From Gammaproteobacteria bacterium (GTDB taxonomy: Bacteria; Pseudomonadota; Gammaproteobacteria; HK1), in assembly GCA_965221725.1 (NCBI GenBank), contig OZ244909.1:2629925-2693924 (forward strand): a stretch of 64,000 bases of DNA, written 5' to 3'. Numbering within the stretch: position 1 is the stretch's first letter; each line of letters begins with the position of its first letter. This document shows positions 1 to 9,336 of this stretch, in pieces. A model generated the notes under the pieces. That model had not been told where the DNA came from, did not search any database, and saw only the letters and a program-made list of their open reading frames with translations. The position numbers and the translations under genes are program-made.

Positions 1-1457
1 TCGGCGACACTTGAATCGAGGAAAGCGTTGCACTCCCCGAGCTCGCGCCGGGCCTCGGCCAGCGAACGCCAGTCGATAGCCGCAGTCCATCTCTGCGCGT
101 AGTCGAGCATGCGGACAAGTGGCTCGGGCCGGCCGGTCTGCGTCAACGCCTTGAGCGCGGAGAGATAGTTGGCGCGGTACACCGTGGGCACGATGATGCG
201 CTCTTCGCCGGCCGCGACCAGTTCCGCGTTCATCATGATTCGAGCAACCCGCCCGTTGCCGTCCACGAAGGGATGGACCTCGGCGACCAGGAACATCATG
301 AACACCGCACGGTGGAATGGTGTCTCCAGGCTGCGGTAGAGCTCAAAACCCCGGGCCAGGGTGCCGGTCACGAGGCCCGGCGCCACGAATACGGTGAGCC
401 CGGCCTGGTTGGCTGCCCGCTTGAAAGCGCCGGGCCGAGTGCCGGGACGACCCTCCATGACCGATGCATGACGGGCGGTCAGCAGCGCTTCCAGCGTCCT
501 GGAATCAGTGGGAGTCCGACGCATTTCCCCATCGTCGGAGACGATGCGCCAGGTGCCCAGGATATCGTGCGCATCCGCGGGCCGTTCATCGGGTACGGTG
601 CCCCGGAACACGATGTCGGCGGCCTCGTCGACGGCGAACTCGGTGCCCTCGATGAAGTTCGAGAAGTAGGCTTCGAAGAAGGCCAGCGTCGCACGGCTCT
701 CTTGCCCGCGGTCGGGCGCAATCCGGGAAAGTGGAGGATGATCGCGAAGCGCCGTATGCAGGACCCGGAACAACTCCAGGCGGTCCGGATCATGGGGCCG
801 ACCCTGACTACGGGCGACGGCTGATGGCGCCGAGAGTTGCGTTTTGCGGGTGCTGAGCAATGCTCCGATGGTCGCATCGAGCGCCGCCGCTTCCTCGATG
901 AGATCGAGGGCGGGTCCCAGGGCGCGGATCTCGTCACGTAGTCGGTTCACCGCATCCTCGCTGGAACGTCGAATCAGGGTATCCAGCCGTTCCTCGATCT
1001 CGACTCGCCCGAGCGTGCGAGCCACGAGTTCGCCGCGAGCGCGCGAAGGACGCATGTTTTCCAGGAAGGCACGGGCCGTGGAACACAGGAAGAGCTCGCC
1101 GAGAAAAGGCCGGTCGGCGGGGAGCGGCGCCACGCCGCGTCGAGGTCGAAGTGTGTGGCCAGGCAGCCTGATGTCCCGGCCGCGGGCGGCAATCAGGCAG
1201 ACCGAGCCGTCGCGCGCCGGGACGTTCTCCAGCGCCGTGCGATCGGCGATCAAGGCCCCCGGAAAGTACCCCGCGACGATGCTCCACAGGTTGCGCGCGA
1301 CGATTGCCTCGGGCGGATCGACCATGTTGCGGGAATAGAGCCGCGACGCCAGCTTGCGCAGCTTGCCGGCCTTGACTGCGCGCGATACCGCCCGCGTCAC
1401 CGACCTGTCGGAGACGAACACCTCGGGCATTTGATCCAGTGATTTCGCGGCGGACAT
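1..1457 (-). CDS. Fic-domain protein with long N-terminal extension (3' end runs off the window)
   Basis: Manual translation from ATG at 1457 (MSAAKSLDQMPEVF...). Canonical Fic motif HPFVDGNGRVAR at ~243-278 is in the same frame, and no stop was seen before position 1. Missing from the ORF track because it is open at the edge. Confidence 0.9.
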   Translation of the reverse strand, partial: MSAAKSLDQMPEVFVSDRSVTRAVSRAVKAGKLRKLASRLYSRNMVDPPEAIVARNLWSIVAGYFPGALIADRTALENVPARDGSVCLIAARGRDIRLPGHTLRPRRGVAPLPADRPFLGELFLCSTARAFLENMRPSRARGELVARTLGRVEIEERLDTLIRRSSEDAVNRLRDEIRALGPALDLIEEAAALDATIGALLSTRKTQLSAPSAVARSQGRPHDPDRLELFRVLHTALRDHPPLSRIAPDRGQESRATLAFFEAYFSNFIEGTEFAVDEAADIVFRGTVPDERPADAHDILGTWRIVSDDGEMRRTPTDSRTLEALLTARHASVMEGRPGTRPGAFKRAANQAGLTVFVAPGLVTGTLARGFELYRSLETPFHRAVFMMFLVAEVHPFVDGNGRVARIMMNAELVAAGEERIIVPTVYRANYLSALKALTQTGRPEPLVRMLDYAQRWTAAIDWRSLAEARRELGECNAFLDSSVA

Positions 1458-1615
1458 TTCCGATCTTAGTGGTCCATTGGGGTGGGAATACAGGATTTTT
1501 CCGGGGATAACTCAGGGATATTGAGATAAATATGGAATTAACGAAAGATTTCCAGATATGAATACGACAGTGAGCGAGGGTGCGGATTACGCAGCGGCTA
1601 GCGATCCCGAACGGA

Positions 1616-4600
1616 CTAAACAGTCATCAGTATCGCCGCGATCCGTCGGGCGGTGTCGGTGAAGTACTGGACTTCCTCTGGTCTGAGGGGGCGGCTGAGT
1701 ATGTCGCGCTCCCGGTAGGAGAGCCACTTCTTGAGGACCTGATAGCCGCCGAGCTTGTAGCGCCAGACGGCGGCGGGAACGTTGCGCCAGCAGGCGCGAT
1801 GGTTCAGGTAGATGTCGAAGGTGGTCTCGCCGACGGTGGGTATTGCGGCGCCCAAGGCGGCGCGTTCGTCGGGCGTCCAGACGCGCTCGACGGTTCGGCC
1901 TTGTCCCGGCATCACTGCGTCTCCGGCCCCGTAGTGTCCCCACCCGGCGGTCAGCGCGAAGTCATCGCCCGCCATGTTATGTCCGTCCGTTTTTTGGGGT
2001 ACGGCGATGACGACAAGCTCCGAGCGGAGCGGCGTTTCGGTGACCCCCGGTACGGGGGTGTCGGGGTCGAGCAAGGCCGCGAGTTCGCGCCCGCGCGCTG
2101 CCGACTCTGCGAGCGCCGCCGCCGCGCCCTCGGCCTCGCCGTCTGGCCAGTCGGGAAGGGGAATACGGGGCCATTCCATCCCGAGCGCACCCGCGTTTTC
2201 CGCGCGGTAGGTGGGGTCGTGGAGGGTAGCGAGGACATGGTGGAACAGGCCTTCCACGTCCATGCCCAAGCCGTCGAGATAGCGTCGAGCGGCAGCCGAG
2301 AGGTTGGCGCGGTGCGTGTTGTCGCCGTTCTGCCCAATCCCGTCATCACGTAGCCATGCCGGGAACATTGCCGCTCCCCGCTCTATCAGATGGAATGAAC
2401 CGACGTGTTTGGCGACACAGGCTTGCGGTTCCGATGCGCCCTTTCGGAGGTGCTGAGCGGAGGAAAGCCATACGTTCCCCTCGAAAACGTGCGTGATGTA
2501 GTCGGGCGCCGGAGCGGTCAGCAGTCGACGATCTGGCTCCCAGTAGAGTAAGCGATTGTCGAACGGTCGATAGGTGAGTTGAACGAATCCCCGCTCACTT
2601 GGTCCGCCGCGCGTGAGAAGAGCATCTCGCACCTTGCGGGCATCGGAGATCCTGAACGCGGAGGAGTTCCTCATCGCTGCCGGATAGCGTCGTTCGACCT
2701 TGTCGTGGCTCCAATCGGGGTCGAAATAGTTCGCGATCCGTCCTCGCAGGCGCTCCTCGTCGATATCAACAAGAAGGCGATCCCGTCCGGTGTGGATTCC
2801 TGGGAATGACACCGGGAAGAGCTCAGGTAGCGCTGGCCAGCCAAACCAGCAATCGTTGACGGCCATGTGCATGAACGGCAAACCGAGCGGCAATGTAGGG
2901 TGGATAACCTCGTAGATCGCACCCGGTTCCCCATCCGCCGTCTCGGCCAGTGCCTCGCGTTTCGCTTGGCCCCAGAGATGGCGGAATCCCACCTCTCCGG
3001 CGGGCGCGTGTTCGGCCTTGCGTACCAAGGTCGTGATCGCGGTGCCGACCTGGATGCCCACCGGATCGCCTTCCGTCGAGAAGATACTCGGATCGGGCGA
3101 GCCGTCCGGCGCGATCTTGCCGGTCTTGTACTTGTCGCCGTTCAGGCAGTCGATGCGGATCGCGTCAAATGCATCGAGATAGCGCTCCCGCATTCCCGCG
3201 AACGAGAGGCCGTCAAGCCACGAGTAGTTGGAGATGAAACAGACGACGCCTTGTCCGGTCTTCTCGGTGATCCGCCGTTCTGCCATGCGAAAGAAGCGGA
3301 CGTAGAGGTCGTTCAGGGCTCTCGGATCGGCCAAGCGAACCCGTCTTGGCCTGCGGTAAGCCTCCAGTAGCTGGTGTTCCTCGTCGACAGCTACGCCGGC
3401 GAAGCCGTTGTAGGGCGGATTGCCGAGAATGACGAGAATGGGGGTGTCCTGCTTCACCCGCTCCGCGCGGTCGCGTTCCTCCTCAAGCTCCGGGAAGGGC
3501 AGGGGCCGGGGCGTGCGCGGTTCCCAGCCGGTCAGCGCGTTGGTGAGGAAGATACCGGCGCGCTCGGCGCCGTCGTCGGCCAGCGACGCATCCAGGTCCT
3601 GCATGGTCAGGCCGACCTGAAGATGGGCGACCACGAAGGGCGCGGGCATGATTTCGAAGCCGAACACGCGCTCCGTCGCCGCCTGGCGAACCCGAGCGCC
3701 GGCGAGCGCCCCGAGGCCGCGCCCGCCGAGGTTGGCGGCGATGCGGCGCAGCACCTCGGCCAGATAGGCCCCGGTGCCGCAGCACGGGTCGAGCACGTAG
3801 ACGTTCTCCGCCGCGAGTCCGTCCGGGATGTCGAGGTCGTCCTTCAGCGCCCGATCCACGCGGGCGACCATGTAGCGCACGACTTCCGCCGGCGTGTACC
3901 AGACACCGAGCTGCTTGCGGAGCTCCGGGTCGAAGGCTTCGAGGAAGGGCTCGTAGAAGTACGGCACTGCCTCGCCCTCGTTGAAGCGGGAGAAGAACGC
4001 GTCCCGGTCCACGCGGTCGAGCGCCGCCGCCGTCCAGTCCAGCACCTCGACCAGGCCGAGCGGCTGGAGCCGGCCGGGGTCGGAGAGCTGCTGGAACAGC
4101 GCCCGCAGCACCGGGGCGCGCAGATGCCACACCGCTTCGCGCCAACTGAAGCGGGCGGTGCCGTAGCCCGCGTTCCCGGCGGGGTGCGGCGGGTCGCCAG
4201 TGTTGTTCGGGCCGGCGCCGACCCGCGCCCACAGCACCCAGGCGGAGAAGACGCCGTAGAACAGGGTCTGCACCAGGGTCGAATGGAAGAAGCGTGCGCC
4301 GCGTTCGCCCTCGAAGCGCACGCCCAGCGCATCTTCAAGGGCCGAGCGCACCGCCTTCAGCGACGGCGCGTCACCGGCCGCTTCGACCCGTGCGAGACCG
4401 TCGCGGGCGTAGGAGGCGAGCAGCCACGCCAGGTCCTTCGGCTCGGCCAGCGCGGCCCGGTGGGACAGTGCGCGCGCGAGATACTCGCCCAGGCCCGCGC
4501 CGATCGCCCGCGCGAAGGCGTGCGGATGCTCCAGCCGGCGGGCGAACGCCTCTTCGCTTTCGGCCAGCCGGAACGATTCCAGCATCGTCTCGCCACCGTC

Positions 4601-5008
4601 CGGGTCCGGGCCGATGAGGCCGAACTCGCGCAGGTTCGTCACCAGCACCAGGCGGTAGCGGCCCCAGTAGCGCGTCACCTGCTCGCGCACCGCCGGCGCC
4701 CGCAAGTCCTCGTGCGGAGACTTCACTTCGACGACGCCGCGCTCCGGCGTCTGTCCCTCGCGCGGGCGGCCGCGCTGGGTCTGCCTTGCGGTGTAGAGCC
4801 CGAAATCGGGATGGCCCGCGCCCTGGTCGGCGAGTTCGCCCACGCAGAACACCCTGGGCTTCAGCGTCGCGCCGACCGAATCGAGGAGATTCGCGAGCGG
4901 CCCGTAGCTCGACCGCTCTCCGGTGGCCCCGCCCGAGGCGCGGACCCGCCGCAGATCGTCGAGGTACGTCTCGACCGCCGTGGTCAGCTTCTTGTTCGTT
5001 CCGCCCAT
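1616..5008 (-). CDS. Single-chain type IIG/ISP-like restriction-modification enzyme (nuclease + N6-adenine methyltransferase + C-terminal specificity domain)
   Basis: N-terminal PDFGL...VVEVK PD-(D/E)xK-like motif, SAM motif DPCCGTG and catalytic GNPPY. The C-terminus (YKLGGYQVLKKWLSYRE) is typical of the type ISP C-terminal domain. Start trimmed to ATG 5008 (MGGTNKK); the upstream part of the listed ORF overlaps other gene remnants. Confidence 0.85.
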   Translation of the reverse strand: MGGTNKKLTTAVETYLDDLRRVRASGGATGERSSYGPLANLLDSVGATLKPRVFCVGELADQGAGHPDFGLYTARQTQRGRPREGQTPERGVVEVKSPHEDLRAPAVREQVTRYWGRYRLVLVTNLREFGLIGPDPDGGETMLESFRLAESEEAFARRLEHPHAFARAIGAGLGEYLARALSHRAALAEPKDLAWLLASYARDGLARVEAAGDAPSLKAVRSALEDALGVRFEGERGARFFHSTLVQTLFYGVFSAWVLWARVGAGPNNTGDPPHPAGNAGYGTARFSWREAVWHLRAPVLRALFQQLSDPGRLQPLGLVEVLDWTAAALDRVDRDAFFSRFNEGEAVPYFYEPFLEAFDPELRKQLGVWYTPAEVVRYMVARVDRALKDDLDIPDGLAAENVYVLDPCCGTGAYLAEVLRRIAANLGGRGLGALAGARVRQAATERVFGFEIMPAPFVVAHLQVGLTMQDLDASLADDGAERAGIFLTNALTGWEPRTPRPLPFPELEEERDRAERVKQDTPILVILGNPPYNGFAGVAVDEEHQLLEAYRRPRRVRLADPRALNDLYVRFFRMAERRITEKTGQGVVCFISNYSWLDGLSFAGMRERYLDAFDAIRIDCLNGDKYKTGKIAPDGSPDPSIFSTEGDPVGIQVGTAITTLVRKAEHAPAGEVGFRHLWGQAKREALAETADGEPGAIYEVIHPTLPLGLPFMHMAVNDCWFGWPALPELFPVSFPGIHTGRDRLLVDIDEERLRGRIANYFDPDWSHDKVERRYPAAMRNSSAFRISDARKVRDALLTRGGPSERGFVQLTYRPFDNRLLYWEPDRRLLTAPAPDYITHVFEGNVWLSSAQHLRKGASEPQACVAKHVGSFHLIERGAAMFPAWLRDDGIGQNGDNTHRANLSAAARRYLDGLGMDVEGLFHHVLATLHDPTYRAENAGALGMEWPRIPLPDWPDGEAEGAAAALAESAARGRELAALLDPDTPVPGVTETPLRSELVVIAVPQKTDGHNMAGDDFALTAGWGHYGAGDAVMPGQGRTVERVWTPDERAALGAAIPTVGETTFDIYLNHRACWRNVPAAVWRYKLGGYQVLKKWLSYRERDILSRPLRPEEVQYFTDTARRIAAILMTV

Positions 5009-5056
5009 CGTGCCGGTTGTCGTCGAGTACGGTCCGACATGCAAGTCCCGCCGCCG

Positions 5057-5256
5057 CCATCGAAGCTCCAATACAGCTTCGCCATCTCCGAGGCGAGTCG
5101 CTCGACAGTCACGTTGCCGCCCTTGTCTCCTCCGCCGTGTTTGCCGATGAGGACAGGCTGTGGCTCGACATCCTTCATCCGCAGGTGCGGCGCCAGCACG
5201 AGCTTGACGAACTCCTCCTCGGTGCGTCCTTCCACCGATACGGCGAGACGAATCAC
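5057..5256 (-). pseudogene. DUF4276-family protein, N-terminal fragment only (~66 aa)
   Basis: GTG start with GGAGG RBS; VIRLAVSVEGRTEEEFVKLVLAPHL...GGNVTVERLASEMAKLYWSFD, then the family-like sequence stops abruptly. Confidence 0.7.
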
Positions 5257-5655
5257 GGTCGTCCTCCAATGAGATTCTTCTGCCAGAGATCGCCGGACGT
5301 GAAGCTCTCTTCGAGCCAAAGCCGATATTCGCCGGGCTCGAGTGTGTGAAACCTCGTTTGTCCATCCACCAAATCCAGCACGAGGATCTCGTCGAGCTCG
5401 AACATATCGACGAGCAACGGCGACTGCGTCGCCACGATGATCTGTCTCTCCGTAGCCAGCGACTTGATCATGTCGCCGATCAGGGCGATGGCTGCCGGAT
5501 GCAGGCCGAGCTCTGGCTCGTCCAGCAGAAGCACATCCGGGAGCATCTCCGGCGGCAGGTTCAACAAGGTCACAAGGGCGAAGAATCGTAGCGAGCCATC
5601 GGATGTCCGCCAGGGATCTGAAGCCCCGGATGTGGACGGAGTCGATTCTGTTCAA
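5253..5655 (-). pseudogene. AAA/ABC-type ATPase with large internal deletion and frameshift
   Basis: N-terminal LNRIDSVHIRGFRSLAD is joined out of frame at ~5600-5608 directly to SDGSLRFFALVTLL...LLLDEPELGLHP (Walker B)...VATQSP. The Walker A region is absent. Confidence 0.8.
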
Positions 5656-5833
5656 CGATGTGTTCCCCCGATGTGACCACATGCCGATGATAGCGAAGCC
5701 GTGACAAGGCCTAACAAGCCACCGAATACAGGCGGTGTCGCCGAATGAACAACGCCTCGGGTCACCGCCGACCGGTGATCGGCGTGGATCGGATTCGGCC
5801 GCCGGTCCGGCGCGCGCCGGGGGGCGCGCTTCA

Positions 5834-6589
5834 TCAGGAGAGCTGCGCCAGCCAGTGCAATGCCTCCTCCGCGGTCTCGACGACGGGGCCCGGCTCTGCG
5901 GCCGGGCGGTCGATCATGATTACCGGGACACCGAGCGCACGGGCCGCGGCAAGTTTCGGGTAGGTGGCCGCACCGCCGCTGTTCTTGCTCACCAGCAACT
6001 CCACGCCGTGTTCGAGCAAGAGGGTGCGTTCATTCTCCAGTGCGAACGGCCCGCGGCCCGTGATCACCCGCGCTCGTGCGAGGGGCAGGGACATCGGGGG
6101 TGCGTCCACGCGCCGGACCAGGAACCTGATCTGCTTCAGTGGACCGAAGACCTCCAGGTCTCGCCCGCCGGTGGACAGGAACACGCAGCCCGGCGGGGGA
6201 ATCCGGACCTCCGCGACGGCTGCGGCCGCTGCCTTCAGGTCGGCGACAATGGTCCATCGGTCCCCCGCGACCGGGGACCAGGCGCGCCTTCGGAGTTGGA
6301 CTCGCGGGACCCGGAGCGCATCACACGCGAGCCTCGCGTGTCTGGAAATGGTCGCCGCGTAGGGATGGGTCGCATCCACGACCGCGGATACGCGCTCAGC
6401 CTCCAGGTAGGCGGACAGAGCTTCGATACCGCCAAACCCGCCGGAGCGCGTTCGGCCTGGAACCGCCGCCGGGTGGCGGGTTCGGCCCGCGAGCGAGGTG
6501 ATTGCGTCGAACTCCGTCTGCGACGCGAGCCGCCGTGCCACGCGCACCGCCTCGCCGGTGCCGCCCAGAATGAGAACCGTGCGCTTCAA
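5834..6589 (-). CDS. cobK: Precorrin-6A / cobalt-precorrin-6A reductase
   Basis: LILGGTGEA, GGFGG, VVDATHPYAATIS and VSKNSGG motifs. Confidence 0.93.
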   Translation of the reverse strand: MKRTVLILGGTGEAVRVARRLASQTEFDAITSLAGRTRHPAAVPGRTRSGGFGGIEALSAYLEAERVSAVVDATHPYAATISRHARLACDALRVPRVQLRRRAWSPVAGDRWTIVADLKAAAAAVAEVRIPPPGCVFLSTGGRDLEVFGPLKQIRFLVRRVDAPPMSLPLARARVITGRGPFALENERTLLLEHGVELLVSKNSGGAATYPKLAAARALGVPVIMIDRPAAEPGPVVETAEEALHWLAQLS

Positions 6590-6604
6590 GAATCCGTCCG
6601 GGTC

Positions 6605-6723
6605 TCCCGCCAGCCCGCCGGGAACCGTGGGTCTCGAAATTCCTTCGCTCTTCCCGTCGGTCCACTGAGAAGCGCGTGCCTGGAAGCGCGACCGATTTTC
6701 CCGCCAGCTCGCCGGGAACCGTG
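6605..6723. repeat. 25-bp direct repeat pair (period 94 bp) in the cbiD-cobK intergenic region
   Basis: TCCCGCCAGCCCGCCGGGAACCGTG at 6605-6629 and TCCCGCCAGCTCGCCGGGAACCGTG at 6699-6723 (1 mismatch). Confidence 0.8.
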
Positions 6724-6847
6724 CGCCAGGACCCGGAACAGAAGCTGCTCTGCGACGTGGACGCCTTCACTTCCCGACCACTTGCCGAGAGCCCTGCGTC
6801 CCGCAATCCGCCCGGTTTTCCCGCTCGCTCGTTGAGAGGCGTGCGCC

Positions 6848-7936
6848 TCAGAATCCATCCGCCCGGCCTGCCAACTCACCCTCACGGTCGAAGACCATGA
6901 CCTCGATCGCCGTCCCGCCGTCGAGCACCGACAGCGCCCGGGTGCGGGCTTCTCTCGCCACCCGATCGGCGAGCGGCAACCCGGCGGCGCCGGCCGCGTG
7001 CAGCACCTGGTTCGCGGTGTTCGCTCCTGTCACCTCATCGGCGAGTTCCGGGCTGCCGCCGAGGTCCCGCACCCACGCGGCCAGATGCGCGAGGTCCACC
7101 TGGCTGCGTCCGGAGTGGAGATCCATGTGTCCCATCGCGAGCTTGGAGAGCTTTCCGAACCCCCCGCCGATGGTCAGTCGCGGCACCGGATGGCGGCGCA
7201 GGTACTTGAGCAGTCCGCCCGCGAAGTCGCCCATATCGAGCATGGCAGTCTCCGGCAGGCCGTACAGTGCCTGCACCGCGCGTTCCGACGTGGAGCCGGT
7301 GCAGCCCGCGACATGCGGGTAGCCGGCCGCGCGCGCCACGTCGATCCCGCGATGGATGGAGTGGATCCAGGCCGAGCACGAGTAGGGCACCACCACGCCG
7401 GTGGTGCCGAGGATCGAGAGCCCGCCGACGATTCCGAGTCGCGGGTTCCAGGTCTGCTCCGCCAGCCGTTCGCCGTCGGTCACCGAGATCTCGACGATGA
7501 CGTCGGGGGCCGTTCCGGCCGCGGTGGCCACCTCCTCGACCACTGCGCGCATCATCCGGCGGGGAACCGGGTTGATGGCCGGCTCTCCGACCGCGACCGG
7601 AAGCCCCGGCAGGGTCACGGTTCCGACCCCGGGCCCAGCCCGGAATACCACCCCCTCGCCGGCCCCGGCTCGGCGGACCTTCGCGCAGATCAGTGCCTGG
7701 TGCGTCACGTCGGGGTCATCGCCGGCGTCCTTGACGACGCCGGCGAGGGCGGAGTCCGTATCAAGGCGTTCGGTGGCGAGAGCGAAGGCGGGTCGCTGCC
7801 CCTTCGGCAGCGTGATGCGCACGGGGTCCGGAAACTCGCCCGTCAGCAACGCGGTCCACGCTGCCTTGGTCGCCGCCGTTGCGCAGGCGCCGGTGGTCCA
7901 GCCTCGGCGCAGCGGTGCGGGTGGTTTGCGAGCCAT
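6848..7936 (-). CDS. cbiD: Cobalt-precorrin-5B C1-methyltransferase
   Basis: LRRGWTTGACATAA, VKDAGDDPDVTH, GEPAINPVPR and GGLSILGTTGVVVPYS motifs. Confidence 0.95.
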   Translation of the reverse strand: MARKPPAPLRRGWTTGACATAATKAAWTALLTGEFPDPVRITLPKGQRPAFALATERLDTDSALAGVVKDAGDDPDVTHQALICAKVRRAGAGEGVVFRAGPGVGTVTLPGLPVAVGEPAINPVPRRMMRAVVEEVATAAGTAPDVIVEISVTDGERLAEQTWNPRLGIVGGLSILGTTGVVVPYSCSAWIHSIHRGIDVARAAGYPHVAGCTGSTSERAVQALYGLPETAMLDMGDFAGGLLKYLRRHPVPRLTIGGGFGKLSKLAMGHMDLHSGRSQVDLAHLAAWVRDLGGSPELADEVTGANTANQVLHAAGAAGLPLADRVAREARTRALSVLDGGTAIEVMVFDREGELAGRADGF

Positions 7937-7962
7937 CCGGCATTGTAGACAGAATGCCGGCC

Positions 7963-9327
7963 ATGAGCCGGGGAATCATCATTGCCGCGCCCGGGTCGGG
8001 GAGCGGGAAGACCACGCTGACCCTGGCGTTGCTGCGAACTCTGCGTGACGCGGGTATCTCCGTCGCGTCCGGCAAGGTGGGGCCGGACTACATCGACCCC
8101 GCCTATCACGCCGCGGCCAGCGGGCGGACCTGCCACAACCTCGACACCTGGTCCATGTCGGACCGCACGCTGTCGGTGCTGATCGCGGACTTGCAGCGCG
8201 ATTCGGCCGTCGTCGTGGTCGAAGGAGTGATGGGGCTGTTCGACGGCGCTCCGGACGGGCGCGGTTCGGCCGCCGATCTCTCGCGTCGGACCGGGTGGCC
8301 GGTGGTGCTGGTGGTCGATGCCTCGGGTATGGCGGCGTCGGTGGCCGCGCTCGTGCACGGCTTCGCGAGCTTCGACCCCGGGGTGGAGGTCGCGGGCGTC
8401 ATTTTCAACCGCACCGGCAGCGCAAGACACGAGGCGTTGCTGCGTCGGGCCATGCAGCCGACGGGCATTCCGGTGTTCGGCTGCGTCATCCGCAGCGAAT
8501 GTCTGGCGCTGCCGGACCGGCATCTCGGTTTGGTGCAGGCGCGCGAGCACCCGGACCTTGGAGGCTTTCTCGCGCGTGCCGCCGCGCAGGTCGGCGCGGA
8601 GGTGGATACCGGCGCCCTGCTGGCCGCAGCGCGCCCGGCGCGCATCGCACCGCTGAAGGACGGACCCGGTCCGCCGGCGTTCGGTGGTCTGCCGATGCTC
8701 GGCCGGCGCATCGCGGTGGCCCGCGACGACGCGTTCGCGTTCTGCTATCCCTACGTGCTGGATAGCTGGCGCCGGGCCGGCTGCAAGCTTCGCTTATTCT
8801 CGCCGCTGGCCGACGAGTCGCCCGCCGATGACGCGGATGCGGTGTATCTCCCGGGCGGATACCCGGAGCTGCATGCCGCCCGGTTGGCCGCCGCCGGAAG
8901 GTTCAAGTCGGGCCTCGCGCGCTGTGCGGAGCGCGGCGCCGTCGTCTACGGCGAATGCGGCGGATACATGGTGCTGGGCGAGCGGCTCGTCGATGGCGCC
9001 GGTGTCTCGCACCGGATGGCGGGCCTGCTGCCGGTGGCGACGTCGTTCGAGTCACCACGCCTCAGTCTCGGCTACCGCGAGGTGGCACTGACGGAAGACG
9101 GTGGGCTCGGACGCAGCGGCGCCCGCTTTCGTGGCCACGAGTTCCACTTCGCGTCGGTGCTGACCGAAGCCCGGGGTGCGCCCCTGTTCCGAACATTCAA
9201 CGCGGAGCTGGAACCGCTGGGCGCCGCGGGTCTGCGGGCGGGTAACGTGATGGGGTCGTTCGTGCATTTGATGGATCGGTGCGGGGGATTCATTCGGCGC
9301 GATGGAACATCGGTAACCGAGTCGTAA
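7963..9327 (+). CDS. cobB: Cobyrinate/hydrogenobyrinate a,c-diamide synthase
   Basis: SGSGKTT, GKVGPDYIDP, VEGVMGLFDG, LPGGYPELH, YGECGGYM and GHEFH motifs. Start trimmed to MSRGII. Confidence 0.95.
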   Translation: MSRGIIIAAPGSGSGKTTLTLALLRTLRDAGISVASGKVGPDYIDPAYHAAASGRTCHNLDTWSMSDRTLSVLIADLQRDSAVVVVEGVMGLFDGAPDGRGSAADLSRRTGWPVVLVVDASGMAASVAALVHGFASFDPGVEVAGVIFNRTGSARHEALLRRAMQPTGIPVFGCVIRSECLALPDRHLGLVQAREHPDLGGFLARAAAQVGAEVDTGALLAAARPARIAPLKDGPGPPAFGGLPMLGRRIAVARDDAFAFCYPYVLDSWRRAGCKLRLFSPLADESPADDADAVYLPGGYPELHAARLAAAGRFKSGLARCAERGAVVYGECGGYMVLGERLVDGAGVSHRMAGLLPVATSFESPRLSLGYREVALTEDGGLGRSGARFRGHEFHFASVLTEARGAPLFRTFNAELEPLGAAGLRAGNVMGSFVHLMDRCGGFIRRDGTSVTES

Positions 9328-9336
9328 TGCGAATGC

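Noticed and set aside
5709-5715. GTTAGGC (minus strand) as an integron attC core site ahead of the AAA remnant
   Set aside because: No matching RYYYAAC inverse core or attC stem nearby and no integrase; a lone 7-mer is expected by chance.
6590-6847. Cobalamin riboswitch or CRISPR mini-array between cbiD and cobK
   Set aside because: The B12-box and core riboswitch motifs could not be assembled by eye. There are only two good repeats with a ~69-bp spacer and no cas genes.
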